The position numbers were made by a program, and so were the translations under genes. Shown here piece by piece: positions 62,606-63,796 of a stretch of 63,796 bases of DNA. Source of the DNA: Vitrella brassicaformis CCMP3155 (taxonomy: Eukaryota > Protista > Chromerida); assembly GCA_001179505.1 (NCBI GenBank), contig CDMY01000281.1:72784-136579 (forward strand), given 5' to 3'. Position 1 is the first letter of the stretch; each line of letters starts with the position of its first letter. Below the pieces are notes generated by a model. It was given only the letters and a program-made list of their open reading frames with translations, ran no database searches and was not told where the DNA came from.

Positions 62606-63796
62606 GGCCGGTGTTCCCATGGGCGGCATGGCCATGCCACCGACATCGCCAACACCCGGGGCCCTTCCCATGTCCCGCGCCACCGTCGGCACCCCCGTCT
62701 CGACTGGCGGCGGAGGATGCGACCACAGATGCTCCAGCCTGCGCGACGGACCATGCGCCGGGGGCGGAGCCGCAAACGGGTTACTCATCTGCGCATGTGC
62801 ACAAATGGACATGAGCCATCACGGTTCCTTTGCTCTTGCTTGCCATGTGCTCGAAAGTTGGCGGGCGCACGTGAGGCAGACGTGGGCTCACCAAAGCAGC
62901 GCCGTGCACACCCTGCACAAAGGAGAGACAAGGAGAGAGACATAACACGTCATGCTGTCTGTCGGTGGCTGGTAAGCAGGTGTCTCTCGCCCACCGGTCT
63001 CTGCAACGACACCATATTCCTGTCCATCGGTGGCTGCACACTGGCCATGCGATGGGCCTGGACAGGCTGAGAAAGGAAGACGCAGGTCAAGGAGAGGAGA
63101 CGCGTGTGTCTTTCCTCCCGTCTGTGCTCTCGTCTGCCCATCTTTCCTACAGTCTGCTCACCCGATAAGGCTCCCGATTCAGCCTCGGCTGGACAACCTG
63201 ATGACGCAAGGATGACAGATAGCCTGGCTCGAGCGTCTGCACAAGGGAGAGACAAAGAGAGACATGACACGTCATGCTGTCTGTCTCTCTTGCCCACCGG
63301 TCTCTGCAACTGTGCCACATTCATGTTCATCGGTGGCTGCACACTGGCCATGCGATGGGCCTGGACAGGCTGAGAAACAAGGACGCAGGCCAAGGAGAGG
63401 AGACTCGCGTGTGTTTCCCTCCGTCTGTGCTCTTATCTGCCGATTTCGGCCACTGTCTGCTCACCCGATAAGGGTCCCGAGTCACCCGAGGCTTGCGAAC
63501 ATAGACTATACGATGCTGGATGACCTGATGAGCGGAAGGAGACATGACCGACAGCCTGACTCGGTCTGTCTGTCTGTCTGTCTGTCTGTCTGACACAGGC
63601 GTACCTTCTTGGGTACCTCAACGAACTTCTCCTTGTACACGGTTTGGGGCAGTTCCACGACCTGCTCCTCGATCTCGTGTTTCTCGATCTCGATGACTCT
63701 CTCCTGCTCACAGCGACCAAAGGACACACACACGTGTGAAGCTCATGCAGTGCAGAAAAGACCGAAGCGTGAAGAAGCACTGACCGACCTTGACAA
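62306..63796 (-). CDS. Alveolin/IMC-like protein, copy 2 (inverted paralog; partial, crosses the gap and window end)
   Basis: Reverse complement is nearly identical to 41154-42700, plus two extra exons. Confidence 0.7.

Noticed and set aside
1-63796. tRNA, rRNA, snoRNA or histone stem-loop elements
   Set aside because: No cloverleaf, rRNA-like or convincing box C/D or H/ACA structure seen by eye. tRNAscan-SE or Infernal would be needed to exclude them.

Overview
Intron-rich, GC-rich eukaryotic DNA. Introns are packed with (GT/CA)n, (GTCT/AGAC)n and (GGAT)n microsatellites, and alveolin-like repeats are present, so the source is probably a chromerid alveolate such as Vitrella (inference, not a database match). 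Most short ORFs in the track are microsatellite artefacts. By joining exons by hand I reconstruct about 21 spliced genes: CFAP20, COQ8/ABC1 kinase, an SLBP-like protein, a multi-KH RNA-binding protein, an MFS sugar transporter, a cationic amino-acid permease, a GT34 glycosyltransferase, an ASPH-domain oxygenase, a PNPOx-like/FNR oxidoreductase, a methylesterase-like alpha/beta hydrolase, TmcB-like and PHTF-like membrane proteins, two inverted alveolin-like paralogs and several orphans. The main finding is a 1,790-bp non-autonomous CACTA/EnSpm-type element (23998-25787; about 500-bp inverted arms; 2-bp AA TSD) inserted in a coding exon. Its terminal inverted repeat carries a splice donor (AAG|GTGCGG, 14 nt from the end) and an acceptor (TAG|TG, 2 nt from the end). 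Splicing would remove 1,774 nt and leave an in-frame 18-nt scar (TTRQVF) in either orientation, making it a candidate intron-generating transposon. It also carries spliced-gene cargo. Second, genes 2-21 alternate strand perfectly, forming nine head-to-head pairs on short bidirectional promoters. All gene models are manual; exon boundaries are approximate unless stated.
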